A stretch of DNA of 64,000 nucleotides from an uncultured Candidatus Saccharibacteria bacterium (GTDB lineage Bacteria > Patescibacteriota > Minisyncoccia > Phycocordibacterales > UBA9973), in assembly GCA_964474435.1 (NCBI GenBank), contig CAYYSI010000002.1, forward strand, positions 92,260-156,259, written 5' to 3'. The stretch's first letter is position 1, and each line of letters opens with the position of its first letter. Shown in pieces: positions 19,090 through 29,294 of this stretch. Under the pieces are notes generated by a model that had not been told where the DNA came from, did not search any database, and was given only the letters and a program-made list of their open reading frames with translations. The position numbers and the translations under genes are program-made.

Positions 19090-19725
19090 CTATTGTCCTT
19101 TTGCTTGTGTTGTGTTCTCTCCAGGGTTGAATGTTTTGTACAAAAGCTCAATCACTTCTTCGGTGCCTAGTTGTGCAACACGCAGCCCCACACGCGACAG
19201 TCCTTGTTCAACGACACTCACGCGCTCTTCGAGCTGACTTCGCTGTTCTTCGAAATCACTCACGGTCTGTGTTGCTGTGCTTGTCTTATTAAAAAATGAA
19301 AACACTTTTGCAATACCCTTTTGCTGACTGAGGATTGGTGGGATATATGGGATCACGACGAAAAAGGACTTGCGCATGATGTTGACCTGATCGGTGAAAC
19401 TCTGAATGAACTGAATGTATTCGCGTGTTTGCACTTGAAGCAATGGCTCTGTCTGCTCCTTGAGGCGGTTTTGCAGCGTCAAAATGTAGGGCCTGATGTC
19501 ATAGCGGCGACTCTGAATGACAATTTCTATAGGGAAATCGAGGGTGTTGAGGAAGTTTTGGAACTGCATGAGAGTTGCACGCTGTTCATCATAGGATTTG
19601 AGTGAGAGGTTGATGGATGATACAAGGACGACCATGCAGAGTGAGCCATCTTTTTGTACGACGATACCATCGCGTACTTCTTTGACCGGGACGAATTGTT
19701 GGGCTGGTGTGCCAATGGTAGCCAT
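19090..19725 (-). CDS. TraC/VirB4 N-terminal-like protein
   Basis: VSSINLSLKS.DEQ, FLNTLDFPI, FFVVIPY; lies between PrgI and VirB4. Confidence 0.8.
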   Translation of the reverse strand: MATIGTPAQQFVPVKEVRDGIVVQKDGSLCMVVLVSSINLSLKSYDEQRATLMQFQNFLNTLDFPIEIVIQSRRYDIRPYILTLQNRLKEQTEPLLQVQTREYIQFIQSFTDQVNIMRKSFFVVIPYIPPILSQQKGIAKVFSFFNKTSTATQTVSDFEEQRSQLEERVSVVEQGLSRVGLRVAQLGTEEVIELLYKTFNPGENTTQAKGQ

Positions 19726-19727
19726 AG

Positions 19728-20135
19728 TTATTTTTGAGTATTGTTCGGATCAATAACGTCGAGACTCCATGACAAAGTCTTGAGTTTGCTCTCGGTTAGT
19801 GTAGCACGATCGTTGCTTGCCTGAGCTTCAGGAACATCACGCTTCCCTGGTACAGGTGCTTGTTTGCGCCAGAGATACAGGCGTGATTTGGAATAAAACC
19901 TGATGAATGACTGGAGCACATTGATAAACGGCTTGTCATTGTATTTGAAAAACGTAAGTGCGAGCGCAAGCGCGGCAAACGCAGGTGCGACAATGAGCGC
20001 GACGTAGATTGGGAGTATTTTGAATGAGAGATACACAAAGCCTGCTCCCCCGGCAAGGTATGCAAACTCTCGGAACGTAAATGGTCCGAATACTTTGTCC
20101 TCGATGTCGATAAATTGGGGAACCTTGAACTGCAT
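19728..20135 (-). CDS. PrgI-family (VirB3-like) membrane protein
   Basis: MQFKVPQFIDIEDKVFGPFTFREF, two TM helices, YLWRK. Confidence 0.88.
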   Translation of the reverse strand: MQFKVPQFIDIEDKVFGPFTFREFAYLAGGAGFVYLSFKILPIYVALIVAPAFAALALALTFFKYNDKPFINVLQSFIRFYSKSRLYLWRKQAPVPGKRDVPEAQASNDRATLTESKLKTLSWSLDVIDPNNTQK

Positions 20136-20169
20136 AGCTCTATTGTACCCTACTTCGCTTTATTTCTGA

Positions 20170-20703
20170 TTATTTTTCGGGGATTTCGCGATACGGATCG
20201 ATCGATTTGATGCCACTTGGTGCAGTTGATGGAGCCGATGTTGTATTGAGTGAAGTATTTTCACCATACGAACGCTTGGTTGGAGCAAGAGTCGATGGAG
20301 CGGTCATAGTTTGGTTGAGACGAGTAAATGAGTTATTTCCAGAAGCCTCTGCTTCAGACAACTCAACCTCTTCGTTTTGTGCATATCCATCTATAACTAA
20401 ATCAAAGATTTTATCAGTCACATTGTTTTTAACCCAATTTATAATTATCTGATTCATCTCCGGTGAAGTACTAATGGATCGGATACGATTAACCAGAGTT
20501 TCTTCTGTTTCTACTTGTGCTATATAACCATATAGAGTTCCTCGAAATAGTGATATCGTCTCTGATGTTAGTCGTTGTTCTTGGCAGAATTCAGTAAACG
20601 CTTTTATAAAAGAATCACTATAAATGTAATCCTTCACTTCCTCAGGAATTTTATTGAAAGACTCTTCTATTTTTTGCAAATTTTCATCCATATTATTTTC
20701 CAC
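20170..20703 (-). CDS. Hypothetical protein
   Basis: Helical N-terminus, low-complexity linker, C-terminal DPYREIPE; overlaps the upstream gene end. Confidence 0.75.
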   Translation of the reverse strand: MENNMDENLQKIEESFNKIPEEVKDYIYSDSFIKAFTEFCQEQRLTSETISLFRGTLYGYIAQVETEETLVNRIRSISTSPEMNQIIINWVKNNVTDKIFDLVIDGYAQNEEVELSEAEASGNNSFTRLNQTMTAPSTLAPTKRSYGENTSLNTTSAPSTAPSGIKSIDPYREIPEK

Positions 20704-23700
20704 TCTCCTTCTCTTTATTTTCGCGCTTTTCCTTTATTTTTTCCAACTCATTTTCTTTCTTTGCAAGCTCACTCTCAAGACGACTCTTTGTTTCATCGTT
20801 AAGTTTGTTAAGGTCTTCTCTATGTTTTTCTTTCTGCATATAAAGATCATTTCTATCTGCCTCGAGATCTTCGGCTTCTTTTATTTTTCCTGCGCGTCTT
20901 GCTATACCTGCTCTATTATCTAAGTCGCGAATATTATTTTCCATGACATCAGTTTTTGCTCTGAGACCTCTCTTGTACATCTCCATAGTTTCTTCCTTGT
21001 CTTTTTCGCTGTCATATGAACCTTTTGTTTTGCCTTTGTATTTCTCAAAGGCTTTTTCGCCAGCGTTTGCTCGATCAATCATTTGATCAAAGAATGCACT
21101 AAAGCCACTTGTTACTGTGTTAAGTTGTTTGTTTAGCTCTTCAAGTTTTTTGTCGATTATTTTCTTTTCGTTTTCAATTCGATCCTCTTTTGATCCAAAC
21201 TTACCTTTCTCTCTTTGATCTTTAGCATCATCAACAAATTTCTTTGCAACGGAAACATCACTCTTATTCTTTCTACTCTGATCATAGAGAAATGCCCCTA
21301 AAGCGCCAGTAGTAACTCCCGCAGCGGCAAAGCCACCAGCCCCAAGTGCTGTCCCTACGCCACCCGCTGTACCAACCGCTGCAAGAGGTTTTCCAGCTTG
21401 TTGACCAAATGTTTGCCCTGCAGCAATAGTCTTTGCAAACTCAACGCGCAATGCTTGAGTGAGCTGTTTGTTGGTTTCGACTGTACCGTGTTCTGTCTTG
21501 AGCGCTTGAACTTTTTTAGCAACATTATCTTCATATGTTGCATCTTTAAATTTATTGGTTTTCTTCATCTCAGCGATTTCTGCTGCAGTCTTTCCTTCTG
21601 CCTTGAGTTCTTCAAGTCGTTTTGACTCCGCTTCTTTGTGTGCAATATCACTGAGTTTCTTGTTCCAGAAATCCTTCGCATCAGTATCTTTGAGATCTGT
21701 TTTGAGAGATTCAATCTTCTTTTTAGCATCATCCTTCTCTTTCTTTTCAACAGCTTTCATACCTCCTTTTGTTGCATCTTGTCCAAGGTTGAATAATCCA
21801 CTCACTTTGTCGTTGAGCTTAACTCCCATTTGTTTGCTTGCAGTATCGCTTATTTTACTGAATGCAGATGTCTTTCTAAAATCGAAACTACCAGTCTGTG
21901 CCTTGTCATTGAATCCAAGACGAAGGCTTGCGATTCTGCCACTAATACCTCCCTCTGCCTTTTGTTGCATCAAGTCAGCGCGTTTGTTTTCACTAAGTTT
22001 AAGTGCGCCGGCAAGGCGTGTACCAGCAAATGCTGCACCACCAGTTGCAACGCCAAGCGCTGCCCCACCAATAAATCCCGTAGCTTTTTCTGCATAACCC
22101 TGGATAAGTTTTCCTGCTTCACCTGCATAGTCTTCAGCAATTTTCACACCTTTCTTAATCATCATGTAGACAATAAGCATTGGAATAGCGATATAAATAA
22201 CAGTTTCCAAGAAATTTGATCCCGAGTTTACGTTGGTAAACCCAGTAATGAAATCCGAATCAATAAATGAATAAATGATGTATAAGAAAAAGACAAATAT
22301 AGGAGCAAGCAAGGCATACATCGTAGTATCGCTGAGCCACTTGTCCCATGAAAATTCTTTTATCTTACTTACAATCGGCATATTACCTTTGCTGAGAAAG
22401 GCAAAGGGTGAAAATATCATTGCAATGTAGAGGCCGATGACGCGACCAAGAAAGAAAAATGCGGTCTTCCAAAACATCATAGCGACAGCAAAGAGGATTG
22501 TCGCAGCAATCAAGCTCACAATAATATAATATGTCGCGTAGTCGTTTCTATTGAGAGGATTAGTTTTTTCACTATCACTCGAAGTATCATCAAATGTTAC
22601 TGTTCCGTTTACCCCCTTGGTACTTCCTGTTGCATTTTCTACATTCAAAACTTGTGTCGAGAATATTTTTTGTGGATTGAAAGAGGATACTATTTTTTCA
22701 GAGAGTGGTTTGTAGTTGCCAACACCTACCTTGAGATTGGTGATAGATCCATCTGCTGCTTTTACACACTTACCCTCACAGACTTCGACTGAGTTATAAA
22801 AGACTCGAGCGGTGACATTGGAGATATCGATGATTACACGTGTCGCAAAGAGACTAAAGTTGATCAATAGTGCATTGAGGATCAGGTTTGGAAGCACCTG
22901 CTTCATGTTCGACTTGTTACTAAAGACCGTCATGAGCCCTGTGTACACCAGAATTATAATGAAGAAAATATTGGAAATATCTCGCACAAGCTGCCATCCA
23001 CGAACTGCAAAGTCGGCACGGTATGATGCGTCGTTAAGCGAATACCCTAAAAAGAAATCAAAGAGCATACCAAAGAGCCCTGCAAACCAACTGATCGGAA
23101 CATAAATAGCGTAATATACGAGCCATGCAATACAGCCGACAAAGGATCCTTCCCCAGGGCCGGCACCGTTGAGGATGTGGCAGTTTGGAAGTGTCGATGA
23201 CGGTGAATCAACTAAGTTGACTGGAGTAACAGGAGTATCTGTTTGGGAAAGTGCGGCCGCATCAGTTGCTGGCATTTGAAACTGCTCTGATTGAGCAATC
23301 TTGAAGTAGGGTTTTCCGTCACCACAGAGATTGTTGAAACTATGAATACTTGATGTCGTAGTATTTGAATCAAGTGTCTGGCCGTTAGTGTTATCTCCGC
23401 AATACCACAGATCTGCTTGGTATTTTGTTGGATCACCAATCTTAAACTTATTTGCCTTTGTGATATTTGTTCCAAGTGTTCCAGTGCTTGATAATGGTGC
23501 AAGGTCTGAGATTTTAAATTGAACATTAAATTTTGAGTACTGATCATCAAGCGCACTTAAAATACCATTAACTCCTTGTGCTCGATAATGATAGATCTTT
23601 GTTGTTGGTTCAGTTTCTGTGGGGGCCGTACAAACACCATTGCTACAGTACGGAGTACCGTCTGCTTTTTGATCGATATTAGTAGGGGCAGTGCTATATG

Positions 23701-24187
23701 GTACAACAGAAAAAAGACAAGCATTTTCGTCTACTGCACCAGTTGAAGCGCTCACATCACACAAGCGTAGAATAAAAACTTTTGATGTAGCGGTAGGGGC
23801 AAAATCTTTAATATGATCCCAATGCCATTTTTTATTTTGATCGTTGGTAATCTTAAAGCTTCCTTGGAAATTGAATTTGAAATAACTAAGTGCCTGTGCA
23901 GGCGTTGTTGATTGAGGAGTTGTTGTAGGGGTACCTGGTGTTTGAGTAAGTACAGAGCCGGAGGGTGCATTCACAGTAACCGCTTGTTGCATTGTCAATT
24001 TTAATGCAGGGTCGGTTCCGTCAAACAGATTCACATACTCATTAAATACACCTACTTGCGCAAACGCCGGCATCACATTCCCTACCACCACAAACAAAAA
24101 GACAAGCGTTAAGAGCGCTGTCTTTGAGATGCGTTTGCATGATCGCAGTATTGCAATACTAATCCTTCGAACGGAGCGTGCTTTCAC
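20693..24187 (-). CDS. Large VirB6/TrbL-like polytopic membrane protein
   Basis: Signal peptide (GTG start after TACACT-N6); GWQLVRDISNIFFI, ALLINFSLF..RVIID, multi-TM core, Gly/Ala-rich segments, charged coiled-coil tail. Confidence 0.8.
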   Translation of the reverse strand: MKARSVRRISIAILRSCKRISKTALLTLVFLFVVVGNVMPAFAQVGVFNEYVNLFDGTDPALKLTMQQAVTVNAPSGSVLTQTPGTPTTTPQSTTPAQALSYFKFNFQGSFKITNDQNKKWHWDHIKDFAPTATSKVFILRLCDVSASTGAVDENACLFSVVPYSTAPTNIDQKADGTPYCSNGVCTAPTETEPTTKIYHYRAQGVNGILSALDDQYSKFNVQFKISDLAPLSSTGTLGTNITKANKFKIGDPTKYQADLWYCGDNTNGQTLDSNTTTSSIHSFNNLCGDGKPYFKIAQSEQFQMPATDAAALSQTDTPVTPVNLVDSPSSTLPNCHILNGAGPGEGSFVGCIAWLVYYAIYVPISWFAGLFGMLFDFFLGYSLNDASYRADFAVRGWQLVRDISNIFFIIILVYTGLMTVFSNKSNMKQVLPNLILNALLINFSLFATRVIIDISNVTARVFYNSVEVCEGKCVKAADGSITNLKVGVGNYKPLSEKIVSSFNPQKIFSTQVLNVENATGSTKGVNGTVTFDDTSSDSEKTNPLNRNDYATYYIIVSLIAATILFAVAMMFWKTAFFFLGRVIGLYIAMIFSPFAFLSKGNMPIVSKIKEFSWDKWLSDTTMYALLAPIFVFFLYIIYSFIDSDFITGFTNVNSGSNFLETVIYIAIPMLIVYMMIKKGVKIAEDYAGEAGKLIQGYAEKATGFIGGAALGVATGGAAFAGTRLAGALKLSENKRADLMQQKAEGGISGRIASLRLGFNDKAQTGSFDFRKTSAFSKISDTASKQMGVKLNDKVSGLFNLGQDATKGGMKAVEKKEKDDAKKKIESLKTDLKDTDAKDFWNKKLSDIAHKEAESKRLEELKAEGKTAAEIAEMKKTNKFKDATYEDNVAKKVQALKTEHGTVETNKQLTQALRVEFAKTIAAGQTFGQQAGKPLAAVGTAGGVGTALGAGGFAAAGVTTGALGAFLYDQSRKNKSDVSVAKKFVDDAKDQREKGKFGSKEDRIENEKKIIDKKLEELNKQLNTVTSGFSAFFDQMIDRANAGEKAFEKYKGKTKGSYDSEKDKEETMEMYKRGLRAKTDVMENNIRDLDNRAGIARRAGKIKEAEDLEADRNDLYMQKEKHREDLNKLNDETKSRLESELAKKENELEKIKEKRENKEKESGK

Positions 24188-24217
24188 GCATATAGTGTAT
24201 CACGCAGAGCGATGTTT

Positions 24218-25162
24218 CTACCACAAATTGAGTCGAAGTGAGCGTTCAAGTGTACGCAATCCGATCGCAGTATTGTTTGGAGTGAGGAAGCTACCACTTG
24301 CATTTGGTCCATCGATACCAATGAAGCCATCATACGGGTTGCCGCCACCGATCGCGGCACAGACTGGGTTGAGGTAGCTACACGCACCGTTGTTTGCGAC
24401 GACTCCCCCGATAAATCCTTGAGCATCTTGGGCAAGGACGTGCCAAAACGGTGTTGGGACGCGAAGTTTGTATTGAGAGTTGGCTGGGATCTGAGCAGTG
24501 CGAGCAACACATCGGTTATACAGACCCGTAATAGTGTCTACTTTTGCCTTGAAGTTGTCGTGGTTGCCTGTTTCTGTGGCAACATCGGCATCAGTGCGGA
24601 GTGTCTGGGATAGTGCATAAAATCTATTTTGGAGTGCTTGGAGCTGAATAAGCTGCTCTGGTGTGAATTCGATATTGAGATCTGCACTGCTGCACTCGGG
24701 CCCTGCGACTGTAGGAGGTACTGATGCGGGGGTTTGGGTTGTAGGGTCAACGGTCGTTGTGGATCCTGGCGCCGTTGTCTCTCCTGGGACACCAGATCCA
24801 GGTGTGCTTCCTGATGATGAGCCATTGGTTCCCGTACCAGAAGTTCCTGTGCCAGAACCTGTGGATGTCGTTGGGGTATAGGCACCACTGCTAAACTGCG
24901 CAACTTGGGTGCCGATTGTTGGGGTGACACTCGTGCCCGGTGTTGCAGAGCTGAGATTGTCATCCACAAAGACTGATGAGAGGCTGCCATCGTTTGGGGT
25001 GAGTCCGGTGCCAGTGTTTGTGTCTCCGCTCAAAAACTGTCTGAATGTTGGTTTTGCAGTACCATTTTTCTCTGCGGTGCGGCGTGAAAAGAGCCATGCT
25101 CCCCCGAGAATGATCGCGAGCACGATGAGAATGATGACAAGGATAGTGATGAATCGTTTCAT
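24218..25162 (-). CDS. Membrane-anchored protein with Thr/Ser/Gly/Pro-rich stalk
   Basis: N-terminal TM, low-complexity linker, Cys-containing C-terminal domain. Confidence 0.78.
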   Translation of the reverse strand: MKRFITILVIILIVLAIILGGAWLFSRRTAEKNGTAKPTFRQFLSGDTNTGTGLTPNDGSLSSVFVDDNLSSATPGTSVTPTIGTQVAQFSSGAYTPTTSTGSGTGTSGTGTNGSSSGSTPGSGVPGETTAPGSTTTVDPTTQTPASVPPTVAGPECSSADLNIEFTPEQLIQLQALQNRFYALSQTLRTDADVATETGNHDNFKAKVDTITGLYNRCVARTAQIPANSQYKLRVPTPFWHVLAQDAQGFIGGVVANNGACSYLNPVCAAIGGGNPYDGFIGIDGPNASGSFLTPNNTAIGLRTLERSLRLNLW

Positions 25163-25170
25163 AATGAGTA

Positions 25171-27483
25171 TTATAGATGACTATAGAAATACACGCTCGA
25201 ATCCTCCGATGTTTTAATAAATGGATCCGGAGTTGCAGTGATGTCTTCGAGATGTGACAACCCTGCAGGGATAGGACCTATCTGGTATGCATTGTCGATA
25301 CATGAGAGCTTCACTGGAGTTCCAGCAGCTGCTTGTGCATCGATATAGTCTGCTTTTGCTCGCGCAACAATACGCTCTACTTCTTGGTCAATGGCTATGA
25401 GTTCGGTGAGCGCATCTTGTGTTGTCTGAATGTTGGTATTGTACTGTTCGTTGTATGCAGCGACACCTTGCGCATAGCCGACGAGGTTTCCTGTTTCTTT
25501 GATCGAGTCCTTGATGTCGCCAGTGATGAGTGCTGCATCAGCCGGAGAGGTCGCCGTTGCAAGGAAGGCATTAGTGATTGCTGTTTCGCTATAGAGATCG
25601 TTGTACTTTGATTTCAAAAGCGTCAAGATATCATTGAAATAATATCCCATGAAGTCTGAACCCGTGATGCCGTTGGTTGCATATCGTCGGTCACTGATTT
25701 TCTTGAGACCGAAGTCAACTTTGTCAAAGAGTGACCATCGCACGAGCGCGTATCCTGCAAGTTCTTCGAAGTCACTGGTGTCATTGCCACCGAGTGTTTG
25801 TCCTGGGTCGAGGATATGGTGAATGTAGTCGATCTGGCCATCAACGGTCTTGGTCACTGGCTGCAAACCTTCGAGGAATGTTTGGGTATTTTCATTGAGG
25901 TTATTGTTCCAGGTTGGATTTGGTCCAGGGATACAATAATCGAGCGCGCCGAGTCGAGGAACGAGCGACTTCATGACGTGCTGCGCATCTTGGCTACGAG
26001 TGAGGAAGTTCTTTTGAGTGAGGATCACTGCGCGAAGCTGTTGGGGGCGACTGATATCGAACTCCTGGTTAAATCCACCTGTTGTTGCGTCATATCCAAG
26101 CGGTGTCTGACAGGCAGTTGCGCTTGCAAGTGTCTGGCCATTGGTACCGAGGACGACATTGCTGCCGATCCCCCCGGGTACGGTCGATGCTGCTCTGCCG
26201 CGTCCTGAGCCAGTGATGCCGTCAGTGAGCAAACGATTCATGAGTTGATCAAAGAATGTACCGAGCACTTGGTTGATCTTGTTAGTATTTTCAAGTTGGC
26301 GCACTGTTGAGTTAGTGATACTTGAAACCTGAGCTGAAATAAGAGAGCCAGGAGTTACTGTTTCGTAGCGCAGACACTTTGGAGCTTTTGTTGGAGATGC
26401 TGCTTGAGTCCCTGTTTGGTATCCACCTGTATATGCAGCACACTGTGCTTGATTTGTTGCAGCACCTCCAACGCTGGTGCAGCATGATGCGTAGTTAGTG
26501 GAAATGATCACACTGCAAGATCCTCCTGCAGTTGGGACGCCGTATGTTGTCGATGCTGTAGCTGTTGAAGTAACAGCTGTCTCGTACTCAGCACATTTTT
26601 TCATACTCAAGAATCCCCCGCCTTGCTGAAGTTCATCTTTTACATTTTGTTGTGCAGTGTCGATGATGCTATTGAGTTCGTCTGTTGCATTAAAATATGC
26701 GCCCACAGGATTGTTTTGAGGATTGAGGAATGCATTCCAGCCACCTTTGGTGAAGTCGCTTTGGAAGTCTTGGTATGCTTTGCCTTCAGGTGTATTCATC
26801 GCCTTGTTGAGGAGGCCATCAGAGTATCCGGTTGCCTGCTGTTTGAGTACAGATTTGAGAGCATTGCCAAATATTGGATTACTATTGCCGACATAGGTAT
26901 TGAGATAGCTATCAAGTTTTTCATTTTTAATAGTCTTGAGGTATGAGTCAATATTGCGTACATAAAAGGGGTTGCCACCAAATCCAGTCTTGACCCAGTT
27001 GAGTGTTTTGTCCGAGAGCTTGGAAAGAGCGGTCTTGGCAACGGCATCTGCTGCACCATTGAGACACTGTTCACGTTTTGTTGTTTTTTCAAGCTCTGCC
27101 TGAGATTTCTCCGTTGCGGTCTGTGTAGGCTTGTCCCCCGTTGGCACTGTTTGTGAGGTATTGGTGTTGCTACTCGTACTAGTTTTCTTATTAGTACTGC
27201 TAAAAAGACTCTTTGCCGCATCTGAAATAGCACCGCCGACATTGAGACAGCTCGCAAGAGCACCTCCGATACCGTTGAATGTGATACCACTATATGTATT
27301 ACCACTAAGACCAGAGCCTGTACCTGGAGTGAAGTTGCTTCCACCGATAGATGCAGCACTTGCACAGTTACAGATGTTGCCGCCTGGTGCGACCGATCCA
27401 TCTGAACACAGCGGATCAGCGTGCGCAACCATTGGAGTTGCCAACAGTGCGAGAAGTATGAAACTAAAGAAGGCAGTGCGCAT
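25171..27483 (-). CDS. Large secreted Cys-containing hypothetical protein
   Basis: Signal peptide ending AHA-D; LNWVKTGFGGNPFYV, GGGFLSMKKC...TPG, LDYCIPGPNP. Confidence 0.8.
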   Translation of the reverse strand: MRTAFFSFILLALLATPMVAHADPLCSDGSVAPGGNICNCASAASIGGSNFTPGTGSGLSGNTYSGITFNGIGGALASCLNVGGAISDAAKSLFSSTNKKTSTSSNTNTSQTVPTGDKPTQTATEKSQAELEKTTKREQCLNGAADAVAKTALSKLSDKTLNWVKTGFGGNPFYVRNIDSYLKTIKNEKLDSYLNTYVGNSNPIFGNALKSVLKQQATGYSDGLLNKAMNTPEGKAYQDFQSDFTKGGWNAFLNPQNNPVGAYFNATDELNSIIDTAQQNVKDELQQGGGFLSMKKCAEYETAVTSTATASTTYGVPTAGGSCSVIISTNYASCCTSVGGAATNQAQCAAYTGGYQTGTQAASPTKAPKCLRYETVTPGSLISAQVSSITNSTVRQLENTNKINQVLGTFFDQLMNRLLTDGITGSGRGRAASTVPGGIGSNVVLGTNGQTLASATACQTPLGYDATTGGFNQEFDISRPQQLRAVILTQKNFLTRSQDAQHVMKSLVPRLGALDYCIPGPNPTWNNNLNENTQTFLEGLQPVTKTVDGQIDYIHHILDPGQTLGGNDTSDFEELAGYALVRWSLFDKVDFGLKKISDRRYATNGITGSDFMGYYFNDILTLLKSKYNDLYSETAITNAFLATATSPADAALITGDIKDSIKETGNLVGYAQGVAAYNEQYNTNIQTTQDALTELIAIDQEVERIVARAKADYIDAQAAAGTPVKLSCIDNAYQIGPIPAGLSHLEDITATPDPFIKTSEDSSVYFYSHL

Positions 27484-27492
27484 GGTTGATGG

Positions 27493-28389
27493 CTATAGTA
27501 TACCGTATGTTGCCAAATAATTGTTCATGTTTACAAGCGACGTGTTGAGTTTGAGGCTATATTTCTTGTATACCGCAACTCCGACGAGGGCTGCAATACT
27601 GTTGTCATTGATTTCAGTCATATAGGTGAGCGATGTTGCGATCCCAGAGAAGCTGTTGACGATGCCAAGGTGGTCTTGGGCAAGTCCGACCGGGACTTTG
27701 ACTCTTGCGAGCTCTTTGGCAAGCTTTTGGTATGTGGTTGCGCTTGCTTTGAGTTGTGGCAGTCCGGTTTGGTCTTCGTTTTGGAGCGCGGTTGCGAGCA
27801 CTTCGATATCGGGGGTGTTTGCATCGTATTTACCAATAATATTGCGCATCGATGTGCGATAGCTGGTGAGGGTGGGGATACTGGTTTGCACGGTCTGGAT
27901 ATCTTTTAGAGTATACGTATTGCTGACCTGTTTGATATCGACTGATGCGGCAAGTTTTGCAGAGATGGCCTGGAGTGTCTGGTCGTCGACTTCGTCAGAT
28001 TGGCCAAGGGCCGCCGTGAGTGTAAAGAGCTCCCGTGCGAGACGGTCGGTGTCGTCTGTTGGTTCAGTGCTCATGCTGTCAGTGATGCCGAGCGCTTTCT
28101 TTTTTGCAGCTATGATTTCTGCATTTGAGGTGCCGTTAGTATAGAGCACAGTCGGATCCAGTCCCCAGAGCTTTTCTTCCCAGTCAGGAATCTTGTTGCC
28201 ATTAGAGTCTTTGCCCACAATGTCCCCCACTGTTTCAGACACAACGACTGCAGACTTTTCTCGTTTAAAGACAAGTCGCTGAAACCATGCCGTTTGTACG
28301 ATGAGCACAACTGCAACAATGCCGATCGCGATTGCGCCACGCTTGATGAACTGCTTACTGGGACGGGAAGATTGTTGTGATAGCTCCAT
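27493..28389 (-). CDS. Membrane-anchored hypothetical protein with a TSP3-like Ca-binding motif
   Basis: N-terminal TM; DSNGNKIPDWEEKLWGLDP. Confidence 0.78.
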   Translation of the reverse strand: MELSQQSSRPSKQFIKRGAIAIGIVAVVLIVQTAWFQRLVFKREKSAVVVSETVGDIVGKDSNGNKIPDWEEKLWGLDPTVLYTNGTSNAEIIAAKKKALGITDSMSTEPTDDTDRLARELFTLTAALGQSDEVDDQTLQAISAKLAASVDIKQVSNTYTLKDIQTVQTSIPTLTSYRTSMRNIIGKYDANTPDIEVLATALQNEDQTGLPQLKASATTYQKLAKELARVKVPVGLAQDHLGIVNSFSGIATSLTYMTEINDNSIAALVGVAVYKKYSLKLNTSLVNMNNYLATYGIL

Positions 28390-28407
28390 TATGTCTACAA
28401 TTGTACA

Positions 28408-29199
28408 CTATTTTATTTTTTCAATTGCCTGCGCAAGGGCTTTCCATTGATCGAGCGCTATGGTTTCAGGTCGCGTTTTGGGATCGATGCTGACCGATGC
28501 AAGTATATGTTGCGCCAGATCTTTGGTATCCAGATAGTCGGCAAGGCTCCCACCGATTTGTTTTCGCTTCTTGCCAAAGACTGCCTTCATGACTGAGAAA
28601 AATATCTTTTCATCGCAATCAATAAAAAATGTTCTATTTATATCTTGTATAAGAAGTATTGCTGACTCCACAGTTGGTGGCGGTACAAATGCACCAGGTG
28701 GTACACGTCCCACGATACTTGCATTGCCATATGCCGCAACTGCGACAGACAAAATGCTTTGTTTACCATCTTTGGACACAATACGCTCGGCGACTTCTCG
28801 TTGCATGAGGAGTACCATGCGTTCTGGTTGATGCGCAGTGTTCAAGAACTGTTCAATGATCGCACCGGTGATGTAGTACGGAATATTTGCGATGAGTTTG
28901 TAGGGTTTTTGTGGAAGCGTGAGTGGATCAAATTTTAAAATGTCTTGGTGGATGAGTGTTAATTTTCCTGAAGCCATACTCTCTGCAAAGTTCTCCTGTA
29001 GAAGTGGAATGAGATCACGATCTTTTTCAATGGCGATGATCGTTGCGCCTTTTTCAAGGATTCGCTCAGTAAGCACGCCCTTGCCTGGCCCAATCTCAAG
29101 CACGAGGTCACCTGCACCAATATCCCCCGCATCAATGATCTGCGAGAGTGCCTTGGTCGAAGTGAGGAAGTGTTGCCCCAATGATTTCTTTGCGTACAT
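28408..29199 (-). CDS. rsmA: 16S rRNA adenine dimethyltransferase RsmA/KsgA
   Basis: KKSLGQHFL, LEIGPGKG, ANIPYYIT, FVPPPTVES. Confidence 0.96.
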   Translation of the reverse strand: MYAKKSLGQHFLTSTKALSQIIDAGDIGAGDLVLEIGPGKGVLTERILEKGATIIAIEKDRDLIPLLQENFAESMASGKLTLIHQDILKFDPLTLPQKPYKLIANIPYYITGAIIEQFLNTAHQPERMVLLMQREVAERIVSKDGKQSILSVAVAAYGNASIVGRVPPGAFVPPPTVESAILLIQDINRTFFIDCDEKIFFSVMKAVFGKKRKQIGGSLADYLDTKDLAQHILASVSIDPKTRPETIALDQWKALAQAIEKIK

Positions 29200-29294
29200 G
29201 CCACTACTATAGCGCATTTCGGAAAAATGGTTTGATTTTAAATTAGGGAAAATAAAAAGGTTGTTTTAAAAACAACCTTTTGAAAGCAAGGTAT

